Assembly (NCBI RefSeq): GCF_009914755.1
Contig: NC_060925.1
Length of the DNA: 64,000 nt
Source: the human T2T-CHM13v2.0 reference genome, Homo sapiens
Direction: 5' to 3' (one strand)
Shown: positions 29,976 to 46,274 of the stretch, piece after piece
Layout of the letters: each line of letters begins with the position of its first letter
Position numbering within the stretch: position 1 is the first letter of the stretch
The notes under the pieces: generated by a model
Told to the model about the DNA's origin: nothing
What the model saw: the letters and a program-made list of their open reading frames with translations, nothing else
Database searches by the model: none
Translations under genes and position numbers: made by a program

Positions 29976-30311
29976 AAGTAGAGCGTAGAATGGTGGTTAC
30001 CAGAGTCTGGGGGCAGGGAGGGTAAGCAATAGGGATAAGTTGACCAAAGGGTATAAAATCCCAATTAGGAAGAATAAGTTTTCAAGATCTATTGCACAGT
30101 AAGGTGACCATAGTAATAATGCGTTATATATTTCAAAATTGCTAAAGGAATAGATTTTAAATGTACTCACTAACAAAAAAAAAATAAATATATGAGGTGA
30201 TAGATATGTTAATTGGCTTGATGTAATAATGTCATAATGTATATATATATCAAAACATCTCTTTACTCCATAAATGTACAATTATTCACTAATAAAAATT
30301 AAAAATTTTTA
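29976..30311 (+). mobile_element. L1MA 3' terminal fragment
   Basis: GTAGAATGGTGGTTACCAGAG...ATTTCAAAATTGCTAAAGG...GAGGTGATAGATATGTTAATT; TSD AAAAGAAACTAA. Confidence 0.85.
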
Positions 30312-30326
30312 AAAAGAAACTAACCA

Positions 30327-30643
30327 CTGGGCTCGATGGCTTACAGCTGTAATCCCAGCACTTTCGGAGGCCGAGACGGGCAGATCACTAGAGGCCAGGA
30401 GTACAAGACCAGCCTGGGCAACATGGTGAAACCCCGTCTCTACTAAAAATACAAAAATTAGCCAGGTGTGGTGGTGGTCTCCTGTAATTCCAGTTACTCA
30501 GGTGGCTGAGGCATGAGAATCACTTGAACCCAGAAGGCAGGGGTTGCAGTGAGCTAAGATCTCACCACTGCACTCCAGCTTGGGTGACAGAGTGAGACCC
30601 TGTCTCAAAATAAATAAATAAATAAAAAGATTAAAATAATAAT
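30327..30643 (+). mobile_element. Alu (older S/J-like)
   Basis: TSD AAAAGAAACTAACCA. Confidence 0.93.
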
Positions 30644-30923
30644 AAAAGAAACTAACCAAAACACCAAATGCAATATATAATCTTGGCTAGATTTTCATTT
30701 TTTAAAAAAATGCTATTAAAAGACATTTTGGGGACAGTTTGGAAAATTTTAGTGGGAAATGTATATTAGCTAATATTAGGACATGTGTTGCTAATTTTTT
30801 TCCTAAGTGTGATAATGTGATTATGTCAGAGAACATTATATTCTTGGGAAATGTATCTGAAGTATTTGATTCAGTGCTCCGATATCTGCAATTTTAAACA
30901 GTTCAGAAAAAAATGTGATAAAC

Positions 30924-31407
30924 GGCAGCCAACTCTTACCAGCTCTCGAGAGCAGATAAATATTTAGGAATTTTGCAAGCCATTTGTTAAGTCATTATTT
31001 GCTCAAAATAATCCATGGGCCAGGCGTGGTGGCTCACACCTGTAATCCCAGCACTTTGGGAGGCCAAGGCGGGTGGATCACGAGGTCAGAAGATCCAGAC
31101 CATCCTGGCTAGCACAGTGAAACCTGGTCTCTACTAAAACTACAAAATATTAGCTGGGCATGGTGGTGGGCGCCTGTAGTCCCAGCTACTTGGGAGGTGA
31201 GGCGGGAGAATGGTGTGAGCCCAGGAGGCAGAGCTTGCAGTGAGCTGAGAGCGTGCCACTGCACACCAGCCTGGGCGACAGAGCAAGACTCCATCTCAAA
31301 AAAAAAAAAAAATCATCCATGGTGGGAATTCTTACACCACAGAAATTGGCAATTACTACAAATGAGGGTTTCTCCTATCCTAGATCCAGTTTATCAGCAT
31401 ACTACCG
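30924..31407. mobile_element. MER63-like hAT element interrupted by an Alu
   Basis: CAGCCAACTCTTACCAGCTCTCGAGAGC...AGGAATTTTGCAAGCC...ACACCACAGAAATTGGCAA. Confidence 0.6.
31018..31312 (+). mobile_element. Alu (AluY/Sc-like)
   Basis: GATCACGAGGTCAG, GGAGAATGGTGTGAGCCC; TSD AAAT(A/C)ATCCAT. Confidence 0.95.
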
Positions 31408-32194
31408 CATATGGAATCAAATGATAATAACTGGTGAAACATTTCAAGTGTACCTTGTGCTCAGTATGGTATATTTTCAACTTTTGTTAAGATGTGGAAT
31501 TTTTCAAAATAAAAAGCTGGAAAAAATAGATGGGAAAAAAAATCCTATCTCCCTGGGAAATACTGGAAACCACAGAGAAAAGGATAATAGCAGAGAGACA
31601 GATCATGGACTGTCCCATGGCCACCTTGGGACTCTCCCACGGGAGGCTTTGAGATGTGTCGGTGGCTCCAGATCTGCTGACTGGGGACCTCTGTGGTGAG
31701 GCTGGCTGAAGTCAGCAGGAAAGGGGAAGGTTTCCTACTTAAGTTCAGTGTGCACCAGCCCTCTTTCCTTCTTTTCCCTCTGGGCCTGGAGCTGGGCTTC
31801 TGGGTTGGTGGATTTCCCGGGGTTTCCAGGATCCCATAGGAAGCTTCTAATTCCAATTCCTTTGGATGAAAAGGTCTAAAGGTAAGGGTAGGTGGCTTAT
31901 GGCAATTGTGAGTGGCAGTCTGGGCCCCTCTTCATTTTCCATTCTCTCTTCCTTTCCGTTTGTCTTTCCACTGCTTACTCCCTGTGCCCCTACTCACTCC
32001 CCTCCTCTTCCCTCTCTGTACTATCAATTTTATTCAGAAATGTACCTCTGCCAGCTCAATTGCACCCACCCTGCTAGGACAGTCTCAAGACTCACCACCT
32101 CCACAAAGTCTCCCCACCATCATCTCTCTCCTTACCATACCTCGTGGCGTTGATGTCTGGAATTACACCCTGTCATGGACTGTTGCAGGACTGA

Positions 32195-32507
<313 letters not shown>

Positions 32508-32580
32508 TGATATCTGCAAGCTCCTATAGGGCAGGAACTGGATTCCATATACATTTGCTCTGTAAAAAAACACTCTTTTT

Positions 32581-32906
<326 letters not shown>

Positions 32907-34344
32907 CTAACATAAAATATCTATTGAATTCAATCGAATTCCTTCCCTCTCCCTCTCTTCTCAATTCTTCTTGTTTCTTTTTCCTTTCCCTCTCCATCTC
33001 TTTCTCCTTTTTGATTCCCTAGGTTTGTCCCAGGTCGGCTAGTGTTCTTTTAGCTCATTTTTGCCCCTTGCTTTGCTCCCTCTGCTTGGCTCGCCAAGGC
33101 TGAAGGTGTGGCTGGACCCTGACTCTGGGTCTCTTCTCAGCCCAAGAGCTTCTCCTTGCTCAGGGAACTTTTGAGCACCATGGCAATAGGAAAGGCTGTG
33201 TCAGAGCAATGTAGATGCATTCTACACAGTCTCCCTTCAGGCTCTCCATCCCCAAAGACTGTTGGCTTCACAAAGGGAGTGTTGTCAGGAAGCATGGGAC
33301 TCTCAGACATCTGCATCACACATTTTTTTTCTCTCCCATTCACTCTCCACCCACCACCAACCCCCTTGAATTCTCCAGACTGATTATTGTGGTAAAATAT
33401 CACACATTTTCTCAATCTGTATGCAAACCAGGTAGGATTGACAGCTGAAGAAAGCTGCACGTTGCCTGGGCTTAAAGTTATCTGTTTTCCCTCTGAGGGA
33501 AAATCTTTGAGCTCTGTGACAGTGCCTTGAAGCCATGGCCCTTGTCCTAGACTGCCCTGGCCCAGGCAAGCGCCTGACCCCTACTAATGTATAGGACCTT
33601 TAGCAGCAGAGAGTGGGGGAGGAGGTAAACAGAACCCCCTGCATGCCAGCGATTCATGTTCTCTGAAGGGACCAGAATGTTATTAGAAACCTTGCCTGCC
33701 AAATGCTGGGCAAATGTAACCAATTTATTAATGCAGGGAATCCAATATGTGAAATTGGACCAAAAGGAGAGAGGCCAGCCACCCTCTCTCCACACTTCCT
33801 GATCTCTAACAGGGGTGGAAGGAGGGTGATGTACAAAGAGTTATGTCTTCTGCAAGAGGACGTTGCTGTCCTAATCACATGTGATAGTGACGACAGATAT
33901 TCCTGACTGGAGCTTCAAAGGGCTGGGAGATAATTGTATCCACTATCCCCGGCTGGCTGTGAGGCTCAGCCTGCAGCTTGCAGGTTGTAAAGCACACTGG
34001 GTAGGAAGATCGGGAGCTTGGTCTCCTCTGTCCCAGTTCTGCAGCTCTGCAATAGAGACCAGGTGAAAATGGACGAGTAAGAATATCTCTCAGTGCCTGC
34101 AATGCTGACATCATATGCTGGTCACTTAAGCTCTTTCCTGCAAAGGGTCTTAGATTGGTCTCAATGTTGCATGGGTGTTTGCAGCTTCTCTCCAGCAAAG
34201 GAGAGGGTTCCTTCAGGGCAGAATGCATTTTGATATGCCTCATTGTCATTGATTTGCCCTCTAACAGGTGATTGAGTTGAAAAAGATGTTGGCAGCAACA
34301 TTTATTAAAGGATTATTTTATTTATATATATATATATATATAGT

Positions 34345-34515
34345 TATTACACATTACCTCATTTAATCCCCACACCAATACTTTATGAGGTAGATATTGT
34401 TATTCTCAATTTTCACTTAAAGAAATTGAACTCAGAAAGTTGACCAACTTGCCCAAGATTATAGGTATAAGTGGACAAGATTTGAGCCCATGTCTGTTTA
34501 ACCATGTTCTTCACC
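34345..34515 (-). mobile_element. MIR
   Basis: CTCATTTAATCCCCAC...ATGAGGTAGATATTGTTATTCTC...AACTTGCCCAAGAT. Confidence 0.7.
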
Positions 34516-37246
34516 ACCTGGGTTTAAGGAGTAGAAACCCCCAAAATTTGTGGATAATCTGGTAGACTTGTCAAGAAGCAAATGTGGGGAATTTTCTGGC
34601 TAAGGATGCACTGGGAAGTCTTTTATTTTGGATTTCTAAGTTTCAAAGAATTGGCATACAGTGAAAACAATGGACACACTTTACAGAGCAAAAATAATCT
34701 TTATCATGATTCAGGTAAATTTTAGAATCTTAGAAGGTATCAGGCTCATTTGAGTGGGCATCAGTGTCATTGTACAAGACCATGTGGGGGAGAGATAAAG
34801 ATCTGGTTGCTTTAGATTCTTAGCTATTTAGATTCTAGATGAATGTCATCTATTTTGTAATGTGTCATTGTGTGTCATCTCTCAACACTAAAGGCAAGAT
34901 GGTAGTCCGATTAGTAAATTTTGAATTACATGGGAACAGATTTTGAAGACAGAAAATAAATCAAAGATTTAAAAAAAGGAAAAGAGAATCAAAAATTTTT
35001 TTAAAAGAATAAAAATAACGAAAAATGAACACATAAAAAAGAAAGAAAAGAATTTTAAAAATTGAACTAGTCTCAGAAATAATACTTTTATAATGTTACC
35101 AACACTTGTTAACTGAAGATAGTATTTTTAGTTGATTATGAATATGACTGAAGATGTTGGTGAAGTCCCCGTGCCCAAATGCTGTGAAATTCACAAGTTC
35201 ATTTCTTCTGGAAATGTACCCGATGCGTTACAGTGTCGTATATGGATTGGCATGATGTGATGTGCCTGAGGAAGGGCAGAGCTACCTTCCATTCTCTGGG
35301 TGCCTTCCCTCCTCCTGCACTTTTCAGTGATGGTTTCAGGTTCCTGAAGGCTACCGTGTGCCACAAGGCAGGAGCTGCCATCTCTCCATTTGGAGAGGAG
35401 GAGGGTCAATTCAGCATCACTGAGATGGGGAAGAAAAGTTCAGACTTTATTTTGAATTAAAATCCAGCCCAACTCTTCTTGCTTGTTTTGGTATCTAGAA
35501 GAGCTTTCCCTATTCTCTCCTTCTTCTCCTATAAGCTGTTCACTTCCTTCGCCAAATTCTCTGAGGAGAATAAATCATTCAGTAAATAATAATCTGTAAG
35601 GCAATAAAGTTATGTATTTACTTAAAAACAATTTCTTAATGTCTGAAAAGGCAAAATAATCTTGTTGTCCCCACAATATAACAGCAGTGAAAGACCTCTT
35701 AGGACTTGGAAATTGGTGTGTCTCTGAGAGGTCAATTAGTAAAATTCACACTCAATGCAGCAAAGTCATCTAGCATAAGAATGACAACTCCAAAAATAAT
35801 AATGGTAGCAATAAAAATGCAAAGGAATAAGTCATGCTACGTAAGTGTGAATCCAATCAAAAGTTGAGATGGGAATCCTCCAAGAAGATATGACTGAAAT
35901 GTAAGTGTATTTTAGTATGAGGAAATAGAAAGAAATATGTTCTATTCTATCTGGAGAATGACCATAAACAGAGGTTGGCCCCAAAGGGGAAAAAGGAAGA
36001 TCTGAAGAATGCTGATCTTGATTTGTTTAGAGGTGAAGATGCCATTTTTAAATGGCTTGGAGAATTGAAGTTTTCTTGGTGAAAGTTTACCCGTAGTAAA
36101 ACTTCACGGTTCAGCAGCTGGTAGATCAAGTCTGGTCCACACTGCATTGAGTCATACTGTTTTTTAAAGTTGAATAAGTTGTTAACTAATTTCACATAGA
36201 AAAATCCATATATCGAGCCTTTCATGAAAAATTGGGAAAACCTAGATTAACCAGGCTGGCCACAATGGGCTGTAGCTATGACGCCATGGCTGCCTCCTTT
36301 AGAAGGGCATGCACTCTCCAGTTGGCATAGTCCCCACTATTCCCTATCATCGCCTGCTCCCTGACACGCTTCACTCATCTATGTTACACTCTTCTGAATC
36401 TGTTGGATTTTGAATGTGTGACTCCCTAATGGGTAAGCATGCCTTCAGCTACTTGAGCTGAAATTCACTTCTTGACACCCTGAACTCTCCTTGTTCTGAT
36501 TCCATGCTCAGCATGCAACCTTCTGAGAATTTGGCTTCTCGTGTAATTTGCCTGTAAGGAAAGAATGCATTGATCTTCTGCCCTGAGCATCTTGGTCTAT
36601 ACGAGGAAGTGCATAGAGTAAATGCAAAAGGCTTAGGCTTTGGGGTCTGACAGGTCTGGTTCCAATTGCCGCACTGAGACTTACTAGATAAGGTCATCAT
36701 GAGGCCTCTTGGCACCCTGCCAGGCATCTTTTCCTGGAGATGTTGCCCTGGGTCATCTTGGGTTATATGCCAGAATATTGAAATTGTAAAAGCATTTTTA
36801 TAAGCAACATTGATACGTCTAAGTCACAAATTACAGCAGCTCCATATCCATCCAACCAATCAACAAACTTGAGCTTCTCTAGAGATCGTGGACATCTCAA
36901 ATGAATAGAAAGCAATTGATAGAAACACAAACTTTTTGATGGTTATCTGTTCCAAAGAGGAAGAAGGGGAAATGGCAAATAGAACCTGGATTTTGAACTT
37001 AGCCAACTTGTATTCAAGTCCTAGTTCTTTCCTTTATTAACCATGTGAACTTAAGAAAGCTGGTCTGAGTCACCAAGATAAAAATTTCCTCCCTACACAC
37101 CTAACAGAAACTTTGTGAGGATCAAATGGAATCCTCACATAGGGAAGACACTATGTAAACTGAAAAATGTATGAAATTGTTGGTATCAAATTTTTTATAA
37201 TCCCCAGTGTATGCAAGAGTAGTAGTAGCAGAAGAAGAAGTCAAGA

Positions 37247-37500
<254 letters not shown>

Positions 37501-38025
37501 AAGAAGCCTACACCAGGGTTTCTAGCCTGCCGGGGTAGCATTCAGAACCAAAAGATTAGTGCCAGGCCTGTAGCTACCAAGCCTGGACTGTAAATCAAAT
37601 CAGACTCTGGTTTGTGAAATAAGCAATAACATCCAGTGATGATTAGGGTGTGGAGGAAAGAGTCTCACAAACACTGTTAGTGAAAGTATAAACTGGAACA
37701 AAGAAGGGAATTTGGCAGGACCTATCAAAAATTTTAATGTGCATACATACCTGTTGACTCAGCAATTTGCTTCTAAGAATTTATACTATAGAAATCCTTG
37801 TACAAATGGGCCAGAATACTTGTATTACAATGTTCATGGCAACATTATTTATAATAGCAAATTAATAGAGGGGTGATTAATACATTTTACATATTTCTAC
37901 TATGACTGCTATGTAGCCATCAACAAGAATAAGGTAGACACATATATATTGAAATGGAATGGAATCTGTAATATGTGAATGAGAAAAAAAAAAGAAGTTG
38001 CAGTATAATATATACAGTGTGACGG

Positions 38026-38548
<523 letters not shown>

Positions 38549-38700
38549 TTACCATTGGTTTCCACTGGGGAGTGAGAGTAGAGTGTGAGAATGGCACTCT
38601 TGCTTTGTATTTTGTATACTCTTAAGTTACTTGAAGTTTTACAATGATCATGCAGTACTTTTTTAATTTTTTAAAAAAATACAATTAAAAATCAAAAAGA

Positions 38701-39004
<304 letters not shown>

Positions 39005-40343
39005 TCAAAAAGAAAAATGTTAAACTAGTATTTTAACCAGGAACAAGAAAAATAAAGAGCTAAAGCTGACAGTAGTAGTAAGGCCAAGGAATACAAGCAT
39101 GGACACAGAGCCTGGAGATTCCCATGACTGGAGTTTCCTTACTAGTTCTTCCCACAGGCCTGACCACTGGCATTTCAGAACCAACCTGTTTCCCGGACTT
39201 GTGATGCTCTGGCAGCAGAGCCAATCAATGTTTGCATCATTGTTGCTCCTGCTGCAGTACAGGCAGCTGTTGTTCTATTCCTGAAATTCAGGGTTGCAAC
39301 CCTTGGTCTCAAAGTGAAGAGTCATGTCCACAGGTCAAGGAGCTAGGGCTTCTAAAAGAGGACGTCCCTGCTGTTTTTTAGAATTTAACTGGACTATTGT
39401 GACTACTATCTCTGTACCTTGACTTCTGTGCTTTGCTTCCTTATTAACTCCTTATGACTTAGACCTTAGATTTGCCCATAGATTCTGTTTCTGCCTCTGT
39501 TCCACTTGAGTGTCTTCTCTTGAGTTTACCTACTGTCAGATTCTGGCCAATTCTATGACTCAGATTTTTTTCTGGGACTCTATTTGGACATTTTCCTTAC
39601 ACTTTCTTTCATTGCCCAATCCTCTTCCAAAGCTGCTATTATCCTGTCTTAACATTGACATGGCCAGTCAAGAGGCCAGGATGGGCTGGGGAGAAGGGAT
39701 ACCAAAAAACAGAAGTTCCCCACGTACGGGGCACTTGCCATTGGGGAAGAAGTTGTTCTCAATTTCACGTGAGAATCCTGGTGAGATGACTGAGAAATCA
39801 GTGAGAATGTCATGCCGGAGTCACAGTGCTGTGGTTTCTAACAGCCTCTATACTTTGGAAGCAACCTGTCTAAAGTGGTATGTATTTCTTAAGTTATAAC
39901 TATATGCAGGAAAATGGAGGGCCACCAGCTTGAGCCAATCTGTCTCTCTTAGTTTGCTTGGACACTGACCTCTCCAAATGAGGATTTTTATTTATTTTGT
40001 AATTCATGATATATCAAGAACATGTGGAAAGAGTCCAGGAGTAAACTTAAATTTCTTTTAAACCATACAGTGTGGATCAGAACCATGGCTTTGCATAGTT
40101 AAGGACCTTTCTTCTCATGCTTCTCAACAAGCAGGCCGGGGTGAGATTTGTGCATTGACAAGGGAGATGGTTAGAGAGATACGGCTTCTTCCAAGACTGG
40201 AATTGAAACCCAACCTCAATTAAGTTAAGAAATTCTCAATTAAGACTGTCTGGCCCTCTTAGCCCTGCCAGCTTTTAAGAGCAGACACAGGATCTCCTTA
40301 GGACCCAGGACTTCTTGCCTTCAGTAAAGCAAACACCTGAGGT

Positions 40344-40370
40344 GGGGGTGGGGGGTGGGGGGCGGGGGGG
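40344..40370 (+). other. G-quadruplex-forming tract
   Basis: GGGGG T GGGGGG T GGGGGG C GGGGGGG: four runs of 5 or more G with 1-nt loops. Confidence 0.75.
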
Positions 40371-42146
40371 CGTGGTTGGAATTTTCTGCTTTTATTGGAG
40401 GCAATTTTAGACTGGTGAGTGGGCAAAAATCTGACCTGAATCCTAATCTCTTAGAGCCCATCTCTGATTTCTTGCTCTACCACCCCATTACCTGGACCAC
40501 ATGGCTTAGATTATTGAATCTTGATCCTTGAACATGGACTGAGGTATATGGTGGCTGTAGCATATTGTAATAAAATTCCTTATATATTTTTCATTTCTTC
40601 ATGCCTCTTAAAGTAATCTTTTGGCATGAATGGACATTCTCCCTTTGAATCCCAATTCTGAATTTCCTACCTAACTAATGCTAGGGAGGAGAGGTAAAAG
40701 GACTACATAAAGAAAACACACTGCTTTTTTTTACCCTAGTGTTTTATCAGGAAAAACATTACATTTGGAGTCAGCCAAGGTTCGTATTTCATCTTACCAA
40801 GAGTATATGTTTGCATGAGTCACACAAAAATGAAAGAGACAATAGTAATAATTCCTGTCTTACCATTTTGTTGAGATTGGTAAACAAGAAAGTGCCTACA
40901 AATGAACACTGTAATATATTGTACAAATATTATTTTTGTTGTTATTATTACATGGCATGAGTGAAATAATACTAATGTGTTTTCTGCATTTTAAGATATG
41001 ATTTTGTAAGTAAGAAAAAATAATATAAATAGTCACAGTCTAGTATATAACCAGTTTAAATTTCCAGGAGAATCTATAAAATGTATATTCATTTTCGCAT
41101 TAGAATCACAAATTGTTCATTGGTTGCCTTGAAACTCTGAAAGGAAAGATTGCTTTTCTCTCTGAACTTCAATAAAAGATTTATTTCCCTAATAGAAATC
41201 GTTGGATATCTCTACATAGTGATAATAATTCATTATTATATGTATTTATGTTTGTGGATATGTAGATAAATATGTAGCTCTAGACAGATTATCTGTCTAT
41301 CTATCTACATATGTAACTATCTATTAAGGGAAAAAGGGCCTTACTGAAAAGAAAAAAAAGATGGAAATTTTCTGCTTTTGTCAAAGGCAATTTTGGCTGG
41401 GCAAGTGGACAAAAACGTGACCTGAATTCTATTCTGTGAGAGCCCAGCTCTAATTTCTTGCTCAATTACCCTGTTACCTGGCCCACACACTTTAGGTTAT
41501 TGAACCTGGATCCTTGAACATGGACTAAAGGATATAGAGGTGGTGGTAAAACTGGTAAAGTTTGTAGGTAAGTGGGAGCCACACAGAATCATGTACTCTG
41601 GCCTGCTTGTGGGAATTAAAATCAAGTAACTGCTCGTCATGTGCCCATGAAAATCCCAGAGACGTTTTCAAACTGTTGTCAGCCTGGTTTTTGTTTTATT
41701 TTGGCAACATGTCAATCTATGCCAGTAGGAGCATGTGTGCTCACACTTACTCATCTCCTCATTCCATTGGTATCCAGTGGTCTATGGGCAGGTCCCTCTG
41801 CTAAGCACTGGGAATACAAAGGTGACTGAAAGGTCCTCCTGTTAATAGGTAAACAAAAGCAGCCAAGAAAATACATTCAATACACAGCACACCCAGAAGC
41901 CAAAAAGGAAATTTTAAGAACTTAAAATTTAAAACATTTATATGGCAAAAAAATAAAAAATAAAAAAATCCATAGCCAAAGTCTAAGGACAAATACTACA
42001 TTGGTTGTTCAAAATAAATGTGACAGATAAATGGCTACTTAATTTTCAAAAAGTTTTACCAAATTAAAAAAAAGAAAAGAAAAGAAAACAATAACTACAT
42101 GCAAGTAATATAAACAGGTAGTTCTCAGAAAAAGATAAAATACAAA

Positions 42147-42690
42147 TGTGATGATTAATATTGAGTGTTAACTTGATTGAAGGAGACAAAGTATTGTTCC
42201 TGGATGTGTCTGTGAGGGTGTTGCCAAAGGAGATTAATATTTGAATCAGTGGATTGGGAGAGGCAGACCCACCTTCAATCTGGGTGGGCATCATCTAATC
42301 AGCTGCCAGCGCGGCTAGGATAAAGCAGGCAGAGGAATGTGGAATGAGCAGACTTGCTGAGTCTTCTGGCCTTCATTTTTCTTCCATGCTGGATGCTTCC
42401 TGTCCTCAAACATCAGACTCCAAGTTCTTCAGCTTTTGGACTCTTGGACTTACATCAGTGACTTGCTTGGAGCTCTCAGGCCTCAGGCCACAGACTGAAG
42501 GTTACACTGTTGGCTTCCCTGCTTTTGAGGTTTTGGGACTCCGACTGGCTTCCTTGCCCCTCAGCTTGCACACAGCCCATTGTGGGACTTCACAATGTGA
42601 TCATATGAGCCAATAGTCCTTAATAAAGTCCCCTTTTTATATACGTCTGTCCCATTAGTTCTGTCTGTCTAGGGAACCCTGACTAATACA
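42147..42690 (+). mobile_element. MLT2A (MLT2A2-like) ERVL solo LTR
   Basis: TGTGATGATTAATATTGAGTG...AACCCTGACTAATACA with perfect 5-bp TSD ACAAA (42142-42146, 42691-42695), inserted in an L1ME fragment. Confidence 0.92.
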
Positions 42691-43148
42691 ACAAATGACC
42701 TGAAATATATGAAAAGATTCTCAACCTGACTGAAAATACTTAAATGCAATCAAAACAGCAAAGAGATATTTCATCAAAAAGGGAAACACTAGAAAGTTCT
42801 GCTATATGTGGGGTTGGAAAGAAAAGATTAAAATAAACACATTTGTATACTGTTGGTGGGAATTTAAATTGGTGCAAAATTTTTGGAGTACAACTTGGCA
42901 ACATATTTTAAAATTTTAAATGTCCTTTGATGCACTACTAGGAATTTATCCTAAATATATACTTACAAATGTAACCTAAGATGGACAGTATTGTAAAAAT
43001 TGAAAATAACCTGAGTATTCATCAATTTTATCATTAAATAAAGTTATTTATTGCTACAGTTATCTTTTATTGCTTTTATTTAATTATTCATTAAAGTTAC
43101 TGCTTTATTGCTACAGGAATACTATTTGGCCATTACTATATATATACA

Positions 43149-43906
<758 letters not shown>

Positions 43907-44199
43907 AGCCATTACAATCTTAAAGTAGATGTCTATGTGTTGGGATAAAAATGTTTTCTCATATAAGTGAAGAAAGCAAGATGCAGAGTAGCATATTTAA
44001 TATTATCTTATTTATAAATAAAAAAGATTATGGGTAACGTAGAGTGATAGATACATAAATAATTTTTCTGAAAGTTAACCAGAAAGTGTTAATAGTTGGG
44101 CACAAAGATCTGTTGGTGGTGGTATGACATGTTTTACTTTTCTTTTTCTACCTCTCTCTCTCTTTTTCTATGTGGCTACATTCCTATTATTTAAATAAA

Positions 44200-45270
44200 A
44201 TAAATTAAAAAGTTAAAAGCACACTGCCATATGTTGTATGATAGAGGTGGTGGGTTCATGGGATACAAAGGACAGGTATCTGAACCAGGATAGACAAGGG
44301 GAATGTCAGAGAAGACTTCCTGTATCAAAGGATGCCTGGATCAAAGGATGCCTGGGCTTCATTTCTAAGGGTAAGAAGTTGTTAGATGAAGATTGAGGTA
44401 TGGGTAAAGGAATGGTATTTGCAAAGGCATGGAGATGAGGGTGAAGGCCAGACATGTTTAAGAAATTGTTTTACAAATGTTTTGTTGGAGTGCAGAGTAG
44501 TCAGCAAATTAAAAAGTGGGATATGTAGGTGTCAAATCACCTAAGGCCTTAAATAGCCTCCTAAGGACTTTGGACTTTCTCCTAAAGCAAGGAGAAACAA
44601 CTAAATAATTTTAAATGAAAAAGTGACCTGACTAAAATCCTTAAAACCTTACTGAATAAATGCGAAGTTGCTCAATAATCCAAGTATGTTAGAAGTCTCG
44701 CTGTATGCACAACATCGCAGAAGGGCCATCCTGGGTCAGCTAACCTGGGATGCAAAAAGTATAACTCCATTCCTTGGAAACAGCTTTAAAGATGTGAGTT
44801 CTTCACATAATATTTGTTCATTCATTTATTCATACTAATAAAAACAAATATTAAGTATATTTTTATATTGAGTATATGTTATAAGGAAAGCAAATATTCT
44901 AAGCTTTGAGAGCAAAGGTGCAAAATGCATTGTCTCTGTCATCAGAAAATTTAGAATGATAATCAAAGTGCAGTCTGATAAGTTCTACAGTGTACATAAT
45001 ATGGTGGAAACAGCAGAGGGAGTGCTTAACTTCTTGGAGGAATTAGAAAAGACTTTGCAAAAGTGGTGACATTTAAAATGGGCCTTAAGAGTTAAAAGGA
45101 GCTCTCTAGGTAAAAAGGGAGGCAGCAGGAATTACAGAGATAGAAAATAGCAACTAAGCTGAAAAGAAAAAAAAAAAAACATTGGCACAGAAATGAGAAA
45201 AACGCATGACAAGAAAGGAACTTAGGCTAGACAGGTAAAGGAGGCAAGGGACAAAGGTGAAGTTGTGAAG
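44200..45270 (-). mobile_element. L2 fragments
   Basis: TTTGTTCATTCATTTATTCA terminus at ~44815; GTCAGAGAAGACTTCC, GCAAAGGCATGGAG and GACTTTGGACTTTCTCCTAAAG motifs. Confidence 0.6.
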
Positions 45271-45334
45271 GATTCATACTGATGCAGTTTGGGTGTGTGT
45301 CCCTTCCATACCTCATGTTGAAGTGTAATCCCCC

Positions 45335-45631
45335 GGCCAGGCACAGTGGCTCACGCCTGTAATCCCAGCACTTTGGGAGGCCAAGGTGGGTGAATCACAA
45401 GGTCGGGAGATCGAGACCATCCTGGCTAACACGGTGAAACACTGTCTCTACGAAAAATATAAAACATTAGCCAGGCGTGGTGGCGGGCACCTGTAGTTCT
45501 AGCTACTCAGGAGGCTGAGGCAGGAGAATGGCGTGAACCCCGGAGGCGGAGCTTGCAGTGAGCCGATATTACGCCACTGCACTCCAGCCTGGGTGACAGA
45601 GTGAGCCTCTGTCTCAAAAAAAAAAAAAAAA
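45335..45631 (+). mobile_element. Alu (AluY-like)
   Basis: TSD GAA(G/A)TGTAATCCCC. Confidence 0.95.
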
Positions 45632-45883
45632 GAAATGTAATCCCCAATGTTGGAGGTGGGGCCTGGTGAGAGGTATTGGATCATGGAGATGGATCCCTCA
45701 TGAATGGCTTAACACCATCCCCTTGGTGATGAGTGAGTTCTCACTCAGTTCATTCAAGATCTGGTTGTTTAAAAGAGTCTGAGACCTCCCCATTTTCACT
45801 CTTGGTCCCTCTCTGGCTTGTGACATGCCAGGTCCCCCTTGGCCTTCCACCTTAAGTGGAAGCTTCTGGAGGTCCTCACCTGA

Positions 45884-46247
<364 letters not shown>

Positions 46248-46274
46248 ATAAACCTCTTTTCTTTATGTTACCCA

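Noticed and set aside
35196-35225. About 20-nt similarity to 17909-17935 (AGTTCAT..CTTCTGGAAA..TACC)
   Set aside because: Too short and gapped to distinguish from chance in 64 kb.
36449-36575. Minus-strand acceptor TTCTTTCCTTACAG|GCAAAT (and a similar one at 47913) as coding exons
   Set aside because: No convincing paired donor and no recognisable translation in any frame; cannot be supported without transcript data.
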